Shown here piece after piece: positions 1 to 12,486 of a stretch of 64,000 nt of DNA. The stretch comes from Eledone cirrhosa. Taxonomy: Eukaryota. The notes below the pieces were generated by a model that saw nothing but the letters and a program-made list of their open reading frames with translations, searched no databases and had not been told where the DNA came from. The stretch is from NCBI GenBank assembly GCA_964016885.1, contig OZ024754.1, positions 62,001 through 126,000 of the forward strand, written 5' to 3'. Numbering within the stretch: position 1 is the first letter of the stretch; the number at the start of each line of letters is the position of its first letter. A program made the position numbers and the translations under genes.

Positions 1-33
1 AACCAATATTTTTGGACCCAGTCCGCCACTGCA
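1..33. mobile_element. End of a DNA-transposon/MITE-like repeat, truncated by the window start
   Basis: AACCAATATTTTTGGACCCAGTCCGCCACTG recurs almost identically at ~54757-54787. The reverse complement begins CAGTGGCGGA, a TIR-like terminus. Confidence 0.5.
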
Positions 34-1902
34 TATATATATATATATATATACTGTATATATATACTGTATATATATGTATCATGAAAATGACAAGATG
101 ATCATAGCTGCAATGATGTCTCAATTAGGTTTGACATAGGCTTTAAACAACTCGAAATTATCACTTTGCTAACACCACCACCGCAACAATCACCACCACC
201 ACGACCGCCGCCGTCACTACTACTACTACTACTACTACTAATACTAATACTACTACTACCACCACCATGATAGTGAGAAAGGAGTGGAACAGGAAATTAT
301 GAAGGAAGAACTGGAGCAGAAAAAGAAAGATGGTGATGATGAGGATAATGATGATGATGGTGGTAGTGGTAATGGCGGTTGTGATGATGTGGATGGTGAT
401 GGTGTTGGTGGCGATAGTTGTAGTGGTGGTAATGGTGATGATGGGGATGGTGATGGAAACGGATTAGCTTTTGGGAATGGCAATATTTCGTGGTGGTGGT
501 GGTGTATTGGTTGGTGGTGTTGTTGGTTGTGTAGGTGCTGTAGCCTGCAGGGCCAGTGAGGAATATAAAGTATAAATTAAGAATGTGTTGGCAAAGTTGC
601 CTTAAATCCCCAAAGTGTGACCTAATATCATTAAACAAATTATAGGGGCCTCGATGGTGTGCTGGAACCTAGGTGTTGGTCACCTCATGGTCTCCGGGAC
701 AGAAATGAGGTAGAGGTTTTTTCAGAGAATAACGAAGGAGGTACGCAGGAACAGTCATTCGACATCACGGGCTCACTACTGACGGTAGCCAACTCCACTC
801 CAATAGTAGGGAGGTGGCCCGGGGGCCAAAAAACACCCGAAGACTCTACAAATACTTTGACAGCTTATGATCCTCTGCTTGTCGGGCAGCGACATCAGGG
901 TCAGTCACTGAATGTAGCAGATTGCCGCTGGAAATGGTATCATTGCGATCACAGACGGTGTTGGTTATAAAATGGTAGGGTTAGGTTGTAAGAGCAATAC
1001 CAGTAATATACCGAGACTCAAACCAATCGACCAGCCGTTCTCTTGAAATAAGACATCATGAAAGTCTTAGACAGCCAAGATTAGGTTCTTGTTGTTGCTG
1101 CTGCCGCCGCCGCCGTCGTCGTTGTTGTTGTTGCAGCAGCAGTTATTGCTGTTGTTGCTATTGCTGTCATTGTTGCTGCAGTTATTGCTGTTGATGTTGT
1201 TGTTGTTATTGCTGCTGATGCGTTCTGCTCTTGTTGCTGCTGTTAATACTGTTGTTGTTTACGTTGCTGTCGTAGCTGTTGTTGTTGTTGTTGTTTAGCC
1301 CTTGGTCAGCAAAGCTCAAGTAGATCAATAAACAACGACATTCCAGAAGTGACCACCACGAACAATGAACTTATATTAACCAATATGTATTAGTTTCTCA
1401 AGTGGTATGATTAATGTTCATTTAGCTGCTATTTCTAGTAAGTCTAGCGACTGCATATGGACGCCATTGTCAACTCGTTGGCTCTCTCTCTCTCTCTATG
1501 TAGGGAGAGAGAGAGCGAGCGTTATATTGAACATGGAGAGATGCACGTGAAATATTTGGATCGTGATAATCAATCGGGATGTTTTGGATGGAAACCAAAC
1601 AATTATTGATTTATTGATTAGAATCACGTGATGAAATACCGAACCTCGGCTAAAATATAGATTCCGGGACGTAAACTAATCCTGGGTCCGATATTATTGA
1701 TAGTGTGAATGTAAGGGATAAATATATATATCGAACGCCGAAGACATAGTCAATACCGGAAGTAGAGTATAGAAATTTAATTTGGTCACATGAAGCCATT
1801 TGGTTTCAGCTGACCGAATTAAATTCTCTCGCTCTCTCTGTCTCTCTCTCTCTCTTTCTCTCTCTATCTCTATCTCTATCTATATATATATATATATATA
1901 TA

Positions 1903-2644
1903 TAAATTAGCGAGAATCGTATTTCGGCTATTGGAAATTAGCGAAAAACAACTTCCGAGATGTGTGGCAAGCGCTCAATAGATTCTAACGAACCAGAGCT
2001 ACAACATACGTTAAAAGGCCAAACACACTGAGGCGATGGTTAAACCATTATCCGCACAGCCATAGAAACGACCAAGTAATTCGGGTCAAACAAATAAAAA
2101 AATATAATTGAAAAATTTACCCGGACCCCTGGATGGTTGGTAAAAATCCAGCATTTGGGTTTCTGCGACTCCTAAATCAAGTACTGTCCGCTTAGACAAA
2201 TAATTGTTTCTACTTTAGGCACAAGGCCAGCAATTATCCAGTGCATTACTGGTACTTTATTTTATCGACCCCGTAAGGATGAAAGGCAAAGTCAACCTCC
2301 GCTTAGACAAATAATGCTAAGCTTTTGGTAAGATGATTGAACAAGGAAGTCACTTTCTCAACAGGTTTTAGTTCAAGTGCCAGGCCAAGGATTGACCGTT
2401 ACCAATACCCACGTGGGGCTCGGCAAGGGAGGCAACCCTTATTTTTGGCGGATGAATTCAGTATGTGTAATATTGCAAAATTGCAAAATATCACAAAACG
2501 AATTAAGTTCTCAACAGAATGGTTTTAAAGTTAACAAAAGCTATTCATCAGTCAATAGAATCAACTAAAAAAATCAAGAAAATTAACTGGTCAATAGCTA
2601 GACTCTGGAGATTAATACAAATATAAATTAGCGAGAATCGTATT
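1903..2644. mobile_element. Short element with ~22-bp terminal direct repeat, inserted in (TA)n; possibly Penelope/retrozyme-derived
   Basis: ATAAATTAGCGAGAATCGTATT occurs at ~1902-1923 and ~2623-2644. Both ends abut (TA)n, and a SINE is nested inside. Confidence 0.5.
2204..2299 (-). mobile_element. 5'-truncated octopus-type SINE with target-site duplication
   Basis: Family body (TGTTTCTAC..AGGCACAAGGCCAGCAATT..ACTGGTACTTTATTTTATCGACCCCGTAAGGATGAAAGGCAAAGTCAACCTC) flanked on both sides by CCGCTTAGACAAATAAT. Confidence 0.85.
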
Positions 2645-3060
2645 ATATATATATATATACTGGTGCCAGTATGATCAGCTATATCCCTTGAGCTCCAGTA
2701 TGGCCACAGTCTTGATTAAAACTAGTAAAATAATTTTCTTTAAATGTATAAAAATACGATAGAATAAATGAAATATAAAATGTGTGTAAATAGTAGAAGA
2801 CGAGAAGGAAGAAAAAAATGAAAGACAAGCTACTTTAAAATGGTGATTATGATATTTGAAAGTACTTTAAAACCTGTCTACAGAATCACCTTTTAAATGA
2901 CTATTTTAATTTAAAAAAATACAGTGTATAATATATGCAGATTTATACATTAAATCTAATTAATAGAATTTAAAATAATTCAAAATATTTTAGACTTTAT
3001 AGAAATAAAAAAAGATATCAATGTGACCGAGATGAATAGAACAGCAAAAAGATAAGCATT

Positions 3061-3180
<120 letters not shown>

Positions 3181-4317
3181 TAAAATTTATTATTACTATA
3201 TATATATACATACATACATACATACATACATATTAAATTGCTAAAAGTACATTAAACTGGTCTAACAACGAAAATGTAGGTTAAAATGGCTCAACATGAA
3301 AACAAAGCTGGTAATAAAATATATTTGATATAAAACTAATAACATAATAAATATAGTAATAAAAATAATAGAAATTAGTGGATGTGATTGAAATAAATAT
3401 AACATATAACAATTGTATAGAATTAAATGTACTTATGTATTGAGTGCAGAATAAGTCTTGCTTTAGGTCATTGTTTCACAACCTTCTTTGACGAACTTCT
3501 CACTAAAACACTAGTCCTTCAGATTTCACCTTTATATATTAAATTAGTGATTCTAATTTATTGTGAAATGGAAACAGGTTCATTATTTTCCTTACAAAGG
3601 TAAATTGTTTTATTAATATGTTTAAAATAAAAGCATTATTTGTGAATTGTTCGATGATATTTCCCCCAAATATATATTGTACTGTCAATGTATTGTACCT
3701 TGTCAGGTATAGTGGTACCTGTCGAAATATCTTACAGCCAAATATGTATTGTACTGTCAGATGTTCACTACAATTGTTAATGTTTACAGTGATATATGTT
3801 CACTACAGTTGTTAGTGTGTTTACAGTAATACATGTTCACTACAGCTGTTAGTGTGTTTACAGCGGTATGTTGGTCGTTAGTGTGTTCAGTATAGTTAAC
3901 TGTTGTATGTTTACAGTGATGTACAGTGAGACAGTTATTGTATATATAATTGGGAGGGGTTAGAATGGGGGGAACGGCGAATCTATAGTGTAAACAACTA
4001 TTGATACAAATGAGGTCTGACAGAGTTCTGTGAGTACATTCTCTTAGATTCTCGCACATTTCTCTACTAAATGTTTTCATACCATTTACGTATCAAGTTG
4101 TCATAGCTAGTGGCGAGGAGATCACTCTACATATTATAGAATGAAGTTTCAATGGAAGCTGTGAAGTATGACGGTTATATGGTGTGGATTGTTATGTTGT
4201 CTGATATTGTGTGGTGTAGAGTTCTTCGTACTTTACATTATAATACACTAAGTAGGTAGTTCTATTGACCGAATAACTGGAATATTCATCGTGGAAACCG
4301 ACGTGGGATTGATTTAC

Positions 4318-4364
<47 letters not shown>

Positions 4365-4408
4365 TTATGCGTTCGTGTGCATGTGAGATGAGAGCCAAAA
4401 AAAGTACG

Positions 4409-4452
<44 letters not shown>

Positions 4453-4848
4453 CGTGTGTGTGTGTATAAGTGCACAGTTATGTATGTATGTATATACGTA
4501 TATAAGTACGTCTGTCTATACTTACATAAATATGAATACTCTTGTAATAACTTAATATAAAAAACAAATGGTAATCTATTTGTCAATCAATGCTGGCCTA
4601 TATATGTCAATTGTGTTTGTCTTTATGCCTGTATGTCTGCCAGTTAATCTATACCAGCACATACACACATACCTGCACATACACACATACCTGCACATAC
4701 ACACATACCTGCACACACACATACCTGCACACACATACACATGCTCTCTCTGCCCTACTCCACTCACACATATCATTGTTAGGCAGATATGTTTGTCTAT
4801 CAATTTAATTACTTATATATCTGTTATATGCAGACATATAAGAATTTG

Positions 4849-4904
<56 letters not shown>

Positions 4905-4912
4905 TATGTCTA

Positions 4913-4945
<33 letters not shown>

Positions 4946-5476
4946 GTGTGCATTTATTTATTTATTTTACATGCTAGATGAAATACCGACCACCTGGGAG
5001 GTTTCTGCTTGTCATTTTTGAAGTGAAGATGATTGGAAATCACGTTGACATATTGGATGTCTCGATTATTTCATTTATCACACCAGCATTACGTTTTTTT
5101 ACGAAATGGCGACCCCTGAATAAACAGATGCGGGGTACGAACCTGACTCCGAAAATAATCATCTAAGATAATTATCGAAAGAGATAATCATAGATAGACA
5201 TATTTGAAACAGTCCAGCACAGCATCTCCGATGAGATGAAAACCATATGTATATACGCAAATATATGCAAATATATGCATATGTATGTATGTGTACATCT
5301 ATCTATCAGTCTGACTCCCCCCCCTCTCTCTCTCTATATATATATATATACAATAGCCTTTATTATGAATATGACTATCGTTACTCTTGAAATCTCATTT
5401 TTGTCAAGACTAGATATTATAAGGAATATTATTAAACCTTACTTCGGTTTTGTCTATCCTCAACCTCCCATATATG

Positions 5477-5530
<54 letters not shown>

Positions 5531-5895
5531 CTCTAAGTGGACATTTAACTTCTATGGCCATTAAAAATGAGAGACCAGTCAGCGTTAAAAGATGATTAAA
5601 TCTCAATGACTATGACAGTCCAAGTGACCGACTAGCTTCAAGTGGACATTACTATCAGTTAAATGACAATTAAGATTCAGTGACGCTGCAGTCTTCAACC
5701 TTTATATATGGGGAGAGGGGGGTGGGGTGGCTTTAGAGATCCTTAAACCTTAAGTAACCATTCAAACATAAATGACCAGTTAATGTTTGTAACCATGGTG
5801 ATAGCTTTCACAGAGCAAGCAACTAATGTCAGCCCATGCGCCAGAATTACTAGAAGTAAACATGGGCAGGCTAATGTATAAATATATATATAAAT

Positions 5896-5947
<52 letters not shown>

Positions 5948-6564
5948 TGTGTACGTGTTTATGATATTGAAAAATTCTGCAAAGGTGACATCTGCATGAA
6001 GGACCTATAATTGTAAGAAGGCTACCATATGAAATGCGGTGAGCCGAAAATAATTTTAATTTATTGAAGTTACAGCCTTAATAAGAGAAAATTAACTTTA
6101 ATTAATAAGTCTAATATTAGTCTAATAAGTCTAATAAGACCAATGGATAAAACCCTTAAAATTTCAATCACTAAAAAAGTCACGAAGGGAAGAGTGTGAA
6201 TGTGGTTATTGGTAAAGGACAATTCTGTACAATTTTAGTCTTATTTAGTCCTCCTCAGCAACTCCACCCCTTATAGCTACCAATATTCCAGAGAAACTAA
6301 AAGTCCGCGTGAAGAACATTTATTGATTATATAAATTGAAATAACAAAGTTGTAAACCTTTTGTATGAACATATACTAAAAGGCCATGCTTAATATTTAA
6401 TTAATTGATTTTATAGCTCCAACGAAAAAAGAAAAATTATGATAACAAATATTAATGTAGATGTAGTGTGAGAAAAAACAGGGAGAACCCCTAAATCTAA
6501 AACCATCATTCCCAGAATCGTTAGAGCGTCAGACGAAACGCACTGCGGTATTTGTTCTGTCTCT

Positions 6565-6770
6565 TTGGGTATTTTTTTCCAGGAGCTGACAAATCCATGC
6601 AGTGACCCCTGTGTGGTTCTTCTGTGGCTCGTAACGCTGACAAAAGGTTGTGTTGCTTTGTTTACTTCTTTCGTTCATAAAATGTTGGTTGTCACCTCTT
6701 GTGTGTAGTAAGTAATCAGTGTTTACAAATGTGCACCGACGTTGAATTGTCACATTTGTTTGTGTATATT
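6565..6770 (-). pseudogene. Highly decayed LINE apurinic-endonuclease N-terminal fragment (RTE-like), tentative
   Basis: Frameshifted minus-strand reading FNVG..(T)FVNT / QPFVSVTSHRRTT..HGFVSSWKK resembles the (G/A)TFNV..C(V/I)QEHR..FVSASAWKN pattern of RTE-type endonucleases. Confidence 0.3.
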
Positions 6771-6949
6771 GTGTAAGTTTTTGGCGCCCTTTACTCCTAA
6801 CATTGTTTGTTTTATTGTCATTTTTTTTCTGTTTGTGTGAGAGGTTTTTAAACTATCTTTTTGTTTTCAAAATGTCGATTTTATTTTTTTGAGTCAGCAC
6901 CTTTTACTGCGACCCGAAGTGGTTAGAAGGTCGGGTGGAATAATTTGTG

Positions 6950-7110
6950 GTTCTGTGTTCTTTCAGTTCAAATACCACCGAGGTCAACTTTGCCTTTCGT
7001 ACTTCCGAGTTCGATAAAATAAAGTACCAGTCAAACACTGGTGTTACTGAATCGATCATCCCCCCCCCCCACTCCCACAACATTACTAACTTTGTGACTA
7101 AATTAGAAGC
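6950..7110 (+). mobile_element. Octopus-type SINE body; its head appears displaced to ~6514-6562
   Basis: GTTCAAATACCACCGAGGTCAACTTTGCCTTTC..TCGATAAAATAAAGTACCAG. Confidence 0.75.
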
Positions 7111-7287
7111 AATTGTTATAAAGATGTTGATAATGGTGATGGTGTTGTTGATGATGATGATCAGCAGGATAATGGTGACGACTTTGATGATGATGATAAG
7201 GCGGAGTGGAAGAGTGTTTTATAAAAGTTAAGACTTACGAAAAAGAAACTCGACATCACCCTCGCGGTGCCAATGACACCCTTACCT

Positions 7288-8429
7288 CTACTACTACTAC
7301 TACTACTATTACTACCACTACTACTACTACTACTATTACTACCACTACCACTACCACTACTGCTGCTACTACCACTACCACTACTACTACCACTACTGCT
7401 GCTACTACTACCACTACCACTATTACTACCACTACCACCACCACTACTACTACTACCACTACTGCTGCTACTACTACCACTACCACAACCACCACTACCA
7501 CTACTACTACCACTACAACAGCTACTACTACTACTCCTGCTACTAGTACCACTACCACTACTACTACTACTACTGCTATACTACTGCCACTACTGCTGCT
7601 ACTACTACTACCACTACCACTACTACTACCACTACTGCTGCTACTACTACCACTACCACTATTACTACCACTACCACCACTACTACTACCACTACTGCTG
7701 CTACTACTACCACTACCACAACCACCACTACCACTACCACTACCACTACAACAGCTACTACTACTACTCCTGCTACTAGTACCACTACCACTACTACTAC
7801 TGCTATACTACTGCCACTACTGTTGCTACTACTACTACTACCACTACCACTACAACAGCTACTACTACTACTCCTGCTACTCGTACCACTACCACTACTA
7901 CTACTACTACTGCTCCTGCTACTAGTACCACTACCACTACTACTACTGCTATACTACTGCCACTACTGTTGCTACTACTACTACTACTACCACTACCACT
8001 ACAACAGCTACTACTACTACTCCTGCTACTAGTACCACTACCACTACAACAGCTACTACTACTACTCCTGCTACTAGTACCACTACCACTACTACTACTG
8101 CTATACTACTGCCACTACTGTTGCTACTACTACTACTACCACTACCACTACAACAGCTACTACTACTACTCCTGCTACTCGTACCACTACCACTACAACA
8201 GCTACTACTACTACTCCTGCTACTAGTACCACTACCACTACTACTACTGCTATACTACTGCCACTACTGTTGCTACTACTACTACTACTACCACTACCAC
8301 TACAACAGCTACTACTACTACTCCTGCTACTCGTACCACTACCACTACAACAGCTACCACTACCACTACTACTACTGCTATACTACTGCCACTACTGTTG
8401 CTACTACTACTACTACTACTACTACTATC
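7288..8429. repeat. Compound (ACT/ACC/GCT)n low-complexity tract with higher-order repeats
   Basis: CTACTA/CCACTA runs with recurring CTCCTGCTACTAGTACC and ACAACAGCTAC cassettes. Confidence 0.95.
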
Positions 8430-8519
8430 TAAACTGTTAATATGAGACCTCTCAAAGATTTATGATTACTTCCGGTGTGTCTGTGTGTGCGTATTTGTAC
8501 GCGAAGGCGCGAGCACGCG

Positions 8520-8815
8520 TCTGTGTGAGTCTGTGTGTATGTGTGAGGCTGCGTGTGTGTGTGTGTGCGCGCGCGCGCCTCTGTGTCTGTGTGTGTGCCT
8601 CTGTGTCTGTGTGCGCGCCTCTGTGTGTGTGCCTCTGTGTCTGTGTGTGTGCCTCTGTGTCTGTGTGTGTGCCTCTGTGTCTGTGTGTGTGCCTCTGTGT
8701 CTGTGTGTGTGCCTCTGTGTCTGTGTGTGTGCCTCTGTGTCTGTGTGTGCGCGCGCGCCTCTGTGTCTGTGTGTGTGCCTCTGTGTCTGTGCGCGCGCCT
8801 CTGTGTGTGTGTGTA
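8520..8815. repeat. GT-derived minisatellite (GCCTCTGTGTCTGTGTGTGT unit, ~20 bp)
   Basis: Tandem copies visible. Confidence 0.9.
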
Positions 8816-9241
8816 ATGTGTTTTCTCTATGTTCCCGCGCTTCAGCCAGCGATGGAGAGAACGTGTGGAATGTGATGACGTGTCACTCATCTGGGTCACT
8901 AGAGCAACAGTCAACAGATGTACCACTGCTGCTGCTGATGATGATGATGTTAGTGGTGTTAGTGGAGGTGGTGCAGGATACGGTGTCTGCTTGGTGGTGG
9001 GGATAAATGTGGCGGCATTGTTAATAGGGTTCGTGGTGGTGGTGGTGGTGGTGGTGGTGTTGGTGGTGGTGGTTTTGTTGTTAGTGATATTTTTGTAGGT
9101 GTTGTTGTTGTTGGTGGTGGTGATGATGGAGATGGTGTGGTAGTTGTGGCGGTGGGGAGTTGATAATAGTGGTGGCGGGGTGGAATTTGGTGAGTTGTGA
9201 TGGAATGGTTGGCGTTCATTAGCTCCCAGTTCAGCCCAAGC

Positions 9242-9276
<35 letters not shown>

Positions 9277-9579
9277 TAAACGGAATAGAAAATGCTGACA
9301 AATTGTTCACAGTGAAAAATAGTTTAATTAGGAATAAGTGAGTAATAGTATTGGTTAGTATTCAGTTTTGGTTTTAAGTTTTACCGGTTGCGCATTTCTA
9401 ATGCTTTTCAAAAATAATTTTGAGATAGAGCGTCCGTGATGTATATATTGACACTGTATATATATACAGTGTCAAGAGTTTCCGAAGAAATAGATCAAGA
9501 AAAAAAAAAGCGCTCTGTGTAATGTACAGAGCCAAAATATATATATATATAGGATCTATCTATATATATCTAGGATCTA

Positions 9580-9613
<34 letters not shown>

Positions 9614-9618
<5 letters not shown>

Positions 9619-9822
9619 AAAACCACAGACCCTCCATCTCAACTCACCTTTTGAAAAGCAGAAGAACTGCGAAACCGGTAAAGGAACCAAATAAATATAT
9701 ATTTAAAAAAAAAAATAAGACTCCAGTTGCATTTTCGATTTCATCTCTTTTTCTTTATACTTTCACTCGTGTAGGACACCTCGGTTATTTTTCATTTTGT
9801 AAAAAAAACCTCACTTTCTAAT
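9614..9822 (+). mobile_element. ~210-bp hammerhead-carrying element, family A, copy 1
   Basis: Near-identical to 36336-36542 and related to 19662-19787. Flanked by (TA)n. Confidence 0.8.
9647..9684 (+). ncRNA. Minimal type-I hammerhead ribozyme, U3:A8 core variant
   Basis: CCTT-TTGAAAA-GCAG(AAGAA)CTGC-GAAA-CCG-GTA-AAGG: stem I CCTT/AAGG, stem II GCAG/CTGC, palindromic stem III ACCGGT, GUA triplet. Confidence 0.7.
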
Positions 9823-9962
9823 ATATATATATATATATCTAGGATCTATCTATATCTATCTATCTAGGATCTAAGATCGATACAGATCGAACCTTGAGCT
9901 GATCAGTGGCGAAGATTTATAATTCTTTGACATAATCATCGAATATTGTTTAACAACTTAAT

Positions 9963-10007
<45 letters not shown>

Positions 10008-10052
10008 GCTAGCTTGGCCGTATTCGAAAGCTTCGTCAATGCTGTACTAAAA

Positions 10053-10092
<40 letters not shown>

Positions 10093-10172
10093 ATTAAGTT
10101 GTTAAACAATATTCGATTATTATGTCAAAGAATTATAAATCTTTTTCCAGTGTCTATCACTGGCTGTTATGA

Positions 10173-10327
10173 ATCATAGATATATTATATTATTGATATC
10201 ATAGATATATTATATTATTGATATCATAGATATATTATATTATTGATATCATAGATATATTATATTATTGATATCATAGATATATTATATTATTGATATC
10301 ATAGATATATTATATTATTGTATCATA
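10173..10327. repeat. 25-bp minisatellite, ~6 copies
   Basis: ATCATAGATATATTATATTATTGAT tandem. Confidence 0.95.
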
Positions 10328-10510
10328 CAATTTAAAATTTTAGAACGCTTTAAGTATGCAACGTTTTTTCTTACTTACACATTCTCTAATGAATTCATTA
10401 CGTTTTCGCACTCTCACACAGATATTATATAAGCAAAATTTTCTATCGGGTAATCACTACCTTGATTAAATCTTAACCATTTAACATCTCAGGGTATGTC
10501 ATGTATCATT

Positions 10511-10567
10511 ATATTTTGTCTGATGAGGACGTACTGTTGTACATCCGAAATATGTATAATAAAATGT
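10511..10567 (+). ncRNA. Minimal type-I hammerhead ribozyme
   Basis: ATATTTTGT-CTGATGA-GGACGTAC(TGTT)GTACATCC-GAAA-TATGT-ATA-ATAAAATGT: canonical core, 8-bp stem II with one mismatch, 9-bp stem I with G-U pairs. Confidence 0.8.
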
Positions 10568-10656
10568 AATTGATCAAAAGAACATCTATTTTATTAATAC
10601 GTATATTTTAATATATATATATATATATATATATCTATATATATATATATATATAT

Positions 10657-10833
10657 AATACATTAACAGAGAAAGCTTTAAGCAATACTCCGACCGGCTT
10701 CCGTCTCACTCAACAAACATTAGGATATACCTTAGTATAACCCCAATTATACGTTTGGGGTGCTAACTATACGTATTTTGCGGATAGCCAGTTGTATTAT
10801 TTTATATGAGACACAATTAAAATACATCTCTCT
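10657..10833 (-). mobile_element. Family B element, truncated copy
   Basis: Matches 11257-11435 and the reverse complement of ~26790-26970. Starts at (TA)n. Confidence 0.8.
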
Positions 10834-11201
10834 TAAAATAAAGTACCAGTAATGTACTGAGTATTTGCTGGCCTTGTGCCAATAGTAGAAACAGTTATAT
10901 TGCTACCTGTTACTATCTACTAAGTTTACTAGGCAACGTCTTCAGCAGCTGCAGAAGAGGTCTAAAACAATGCTTTAAAAACATCAACATTTAAATTCCT
11001 TGCAAAGATCAAAGACTCTACTGTAAAATGTCGACTACTTTAAGTGACATCCACAACAACAATATTATCTCAAAATGCAAGAAGTGTGTAAGAGGAACAC
11101 ATTTCTTTTTAATTGAAATATTTAAAATATATTCATTTGCGAAATATATAACAAAGTTGGAGTTCTAACGTTAGTGGCCCTACCATAAACAAGAGGGTAC
11201 T

Positions 11202-11254
<53 letters not shown>

Positions 11255-11585
11255 TTAATACATTAGCAGAGAAAGCTTTAAGCGATACTCTGACCAACTC
11301 CATCTCACTCAACAAACATTAGGATATACCTAAGTATAATCCCAATTTAGTGTTTGGGGTGCTAACTATACAGTATTCCGTGGATAGCTGGTTGTTATTA
11401 TTTTATATGAGACATAATTAAGTAAATCTCTCTTTCTTGCCATACGATCGTTTCGTTATAAGATTTCTACAAGTTGGGATAAAGTCGAGGTTATGTAGAA
11501 ACTTGTATATAATCCATAGATATAGACACAAGCGGGCTCTTATAACTCATCAGTGGATGCCCATGCAATATCGGTATAAAAAAAC
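11255..11585 (-). mobile_element. Family B hammerhead-carrying element
   Basis: Homologous to 10657-10833 and 26640-26970; contains the hammerhead at 11440-11556. Confidence 0.8.
11440..11556 (-). ncRNA. Type-I hammerhead ribozyme with very long stem-II insertion
   Basis: Minus strand: CCA-CTGATGA-GTTATAAG-[~75 nt]-CTTATAAC-GAAA-CGATC-GTA-TGG. Intact core, perfect 8-bp stem II base, palindromic stem III ACGATCGT, GUA triplet. Confidence 0.8.
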
Positions 11586-12062
11586 TAGATCGATATTAAT
11601 ATATATACACATACACACATAAACATAGTCGTACTCATACACACATACACGCATTTAGGTCTTAGTTGCTACCTTTTCATTTCTTTCTCTCTTTTTCTTT
11701 CTCTCGCCCATTTCTCTCTCTATTTATCCTCTCACCCTCTCTCTCCTCTCTCTAGTTATCCTCTCACTCTCTCTCCCCCCTCTCGCTTGCCCCACCCCTC
11801 TGTCTCTCCACTGGTGTCTGTTGAAAGGAGTTTCTAAGACTTCTCTTCACACAAACTAGGTATTGGACTCCCCCCCCCCCTCTCACCCCATCTCTTCCCC
11901 CTCTCTCTTGCCTCCTCTCTCACTCTCCCTCTTTGTATCTCTCTCTCTCTCTCTCTCTGTCTGTCTGAGTCATTTTGCCAATCTCTTCACACTCTCTCTC
12001 TTCATGTGTCTTCCTTGTCACGTACAACCACTTCACATTGTCTTCTTTTAACTACTCACATC

Positions 12063-12373
12063 GCTGCTGTTGTTGTTGTTGTTGTTACTGATGTTGTTGC
12101 TGCTGTTGCTGCTGTTGCTGCTGTTGTTGCTGTTGTTGTTGTTGTTGTTACTGGTGTTGCTGTTGTTGCTGTCGTTGTTGTTACTGGTGTTGTTGCTGCT
12201 GTTGCTGCTGTTGTTGCTGTTGTTGTTGTTGTTACTGATGTTGTTGCTGCTGTTGCTGTTGCTGCTGTTGTTGCTGTTGTTGTTGTTGTTACTGGTGTTG
12301 CTGTTGTTGCTGTTGTCGTTGTTGTTACTGGTGTTGTTGCTGCTGTTGCTGTTGTTGTTGTTGTTGTTACTGG

Positions 12374-12411
<38 letters not shown>

Positions 12412-12454
12412 CTGTTGTTGTTGTTGTTGCTGCTGTTGCTGTTGTTGATGTTCC

Positions 12455-12486
<32 letters not shown>

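Larger units (their letters stand above)
10088..10610 (+). mobile_element. Penelope-like non-coding element with hammerhead; its 5' ~55 bp has an inverted copy at 9913-9968
   Basis: AGATTTATAATTCTTTGACATAAT..TTAATACTTTA (9913-9968) is the reverse complement of 10088-10142. Hammerhead at 10511-10567; (TA)n at both ends. Confidence 0.6.

Noticed and set aside
3240-3520. Possible decayed Penelope GIY-YIG coding remnant (also ~21290-21490)
   Set aside because: Needs several assumed frameshifts in very AT-rich sequence; not supportable without alignment.
7206-8432. Thr-rich mucin-like and poly-Leu ORFs
   Set aside because: Trinucleotide low-complexity DNA with frame-breaking units; no signal peptide or splice evidence.
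8429-9310. 293-aa His/Thr-rich ORF
   Set aside because: Concatenated microsatellite translations.
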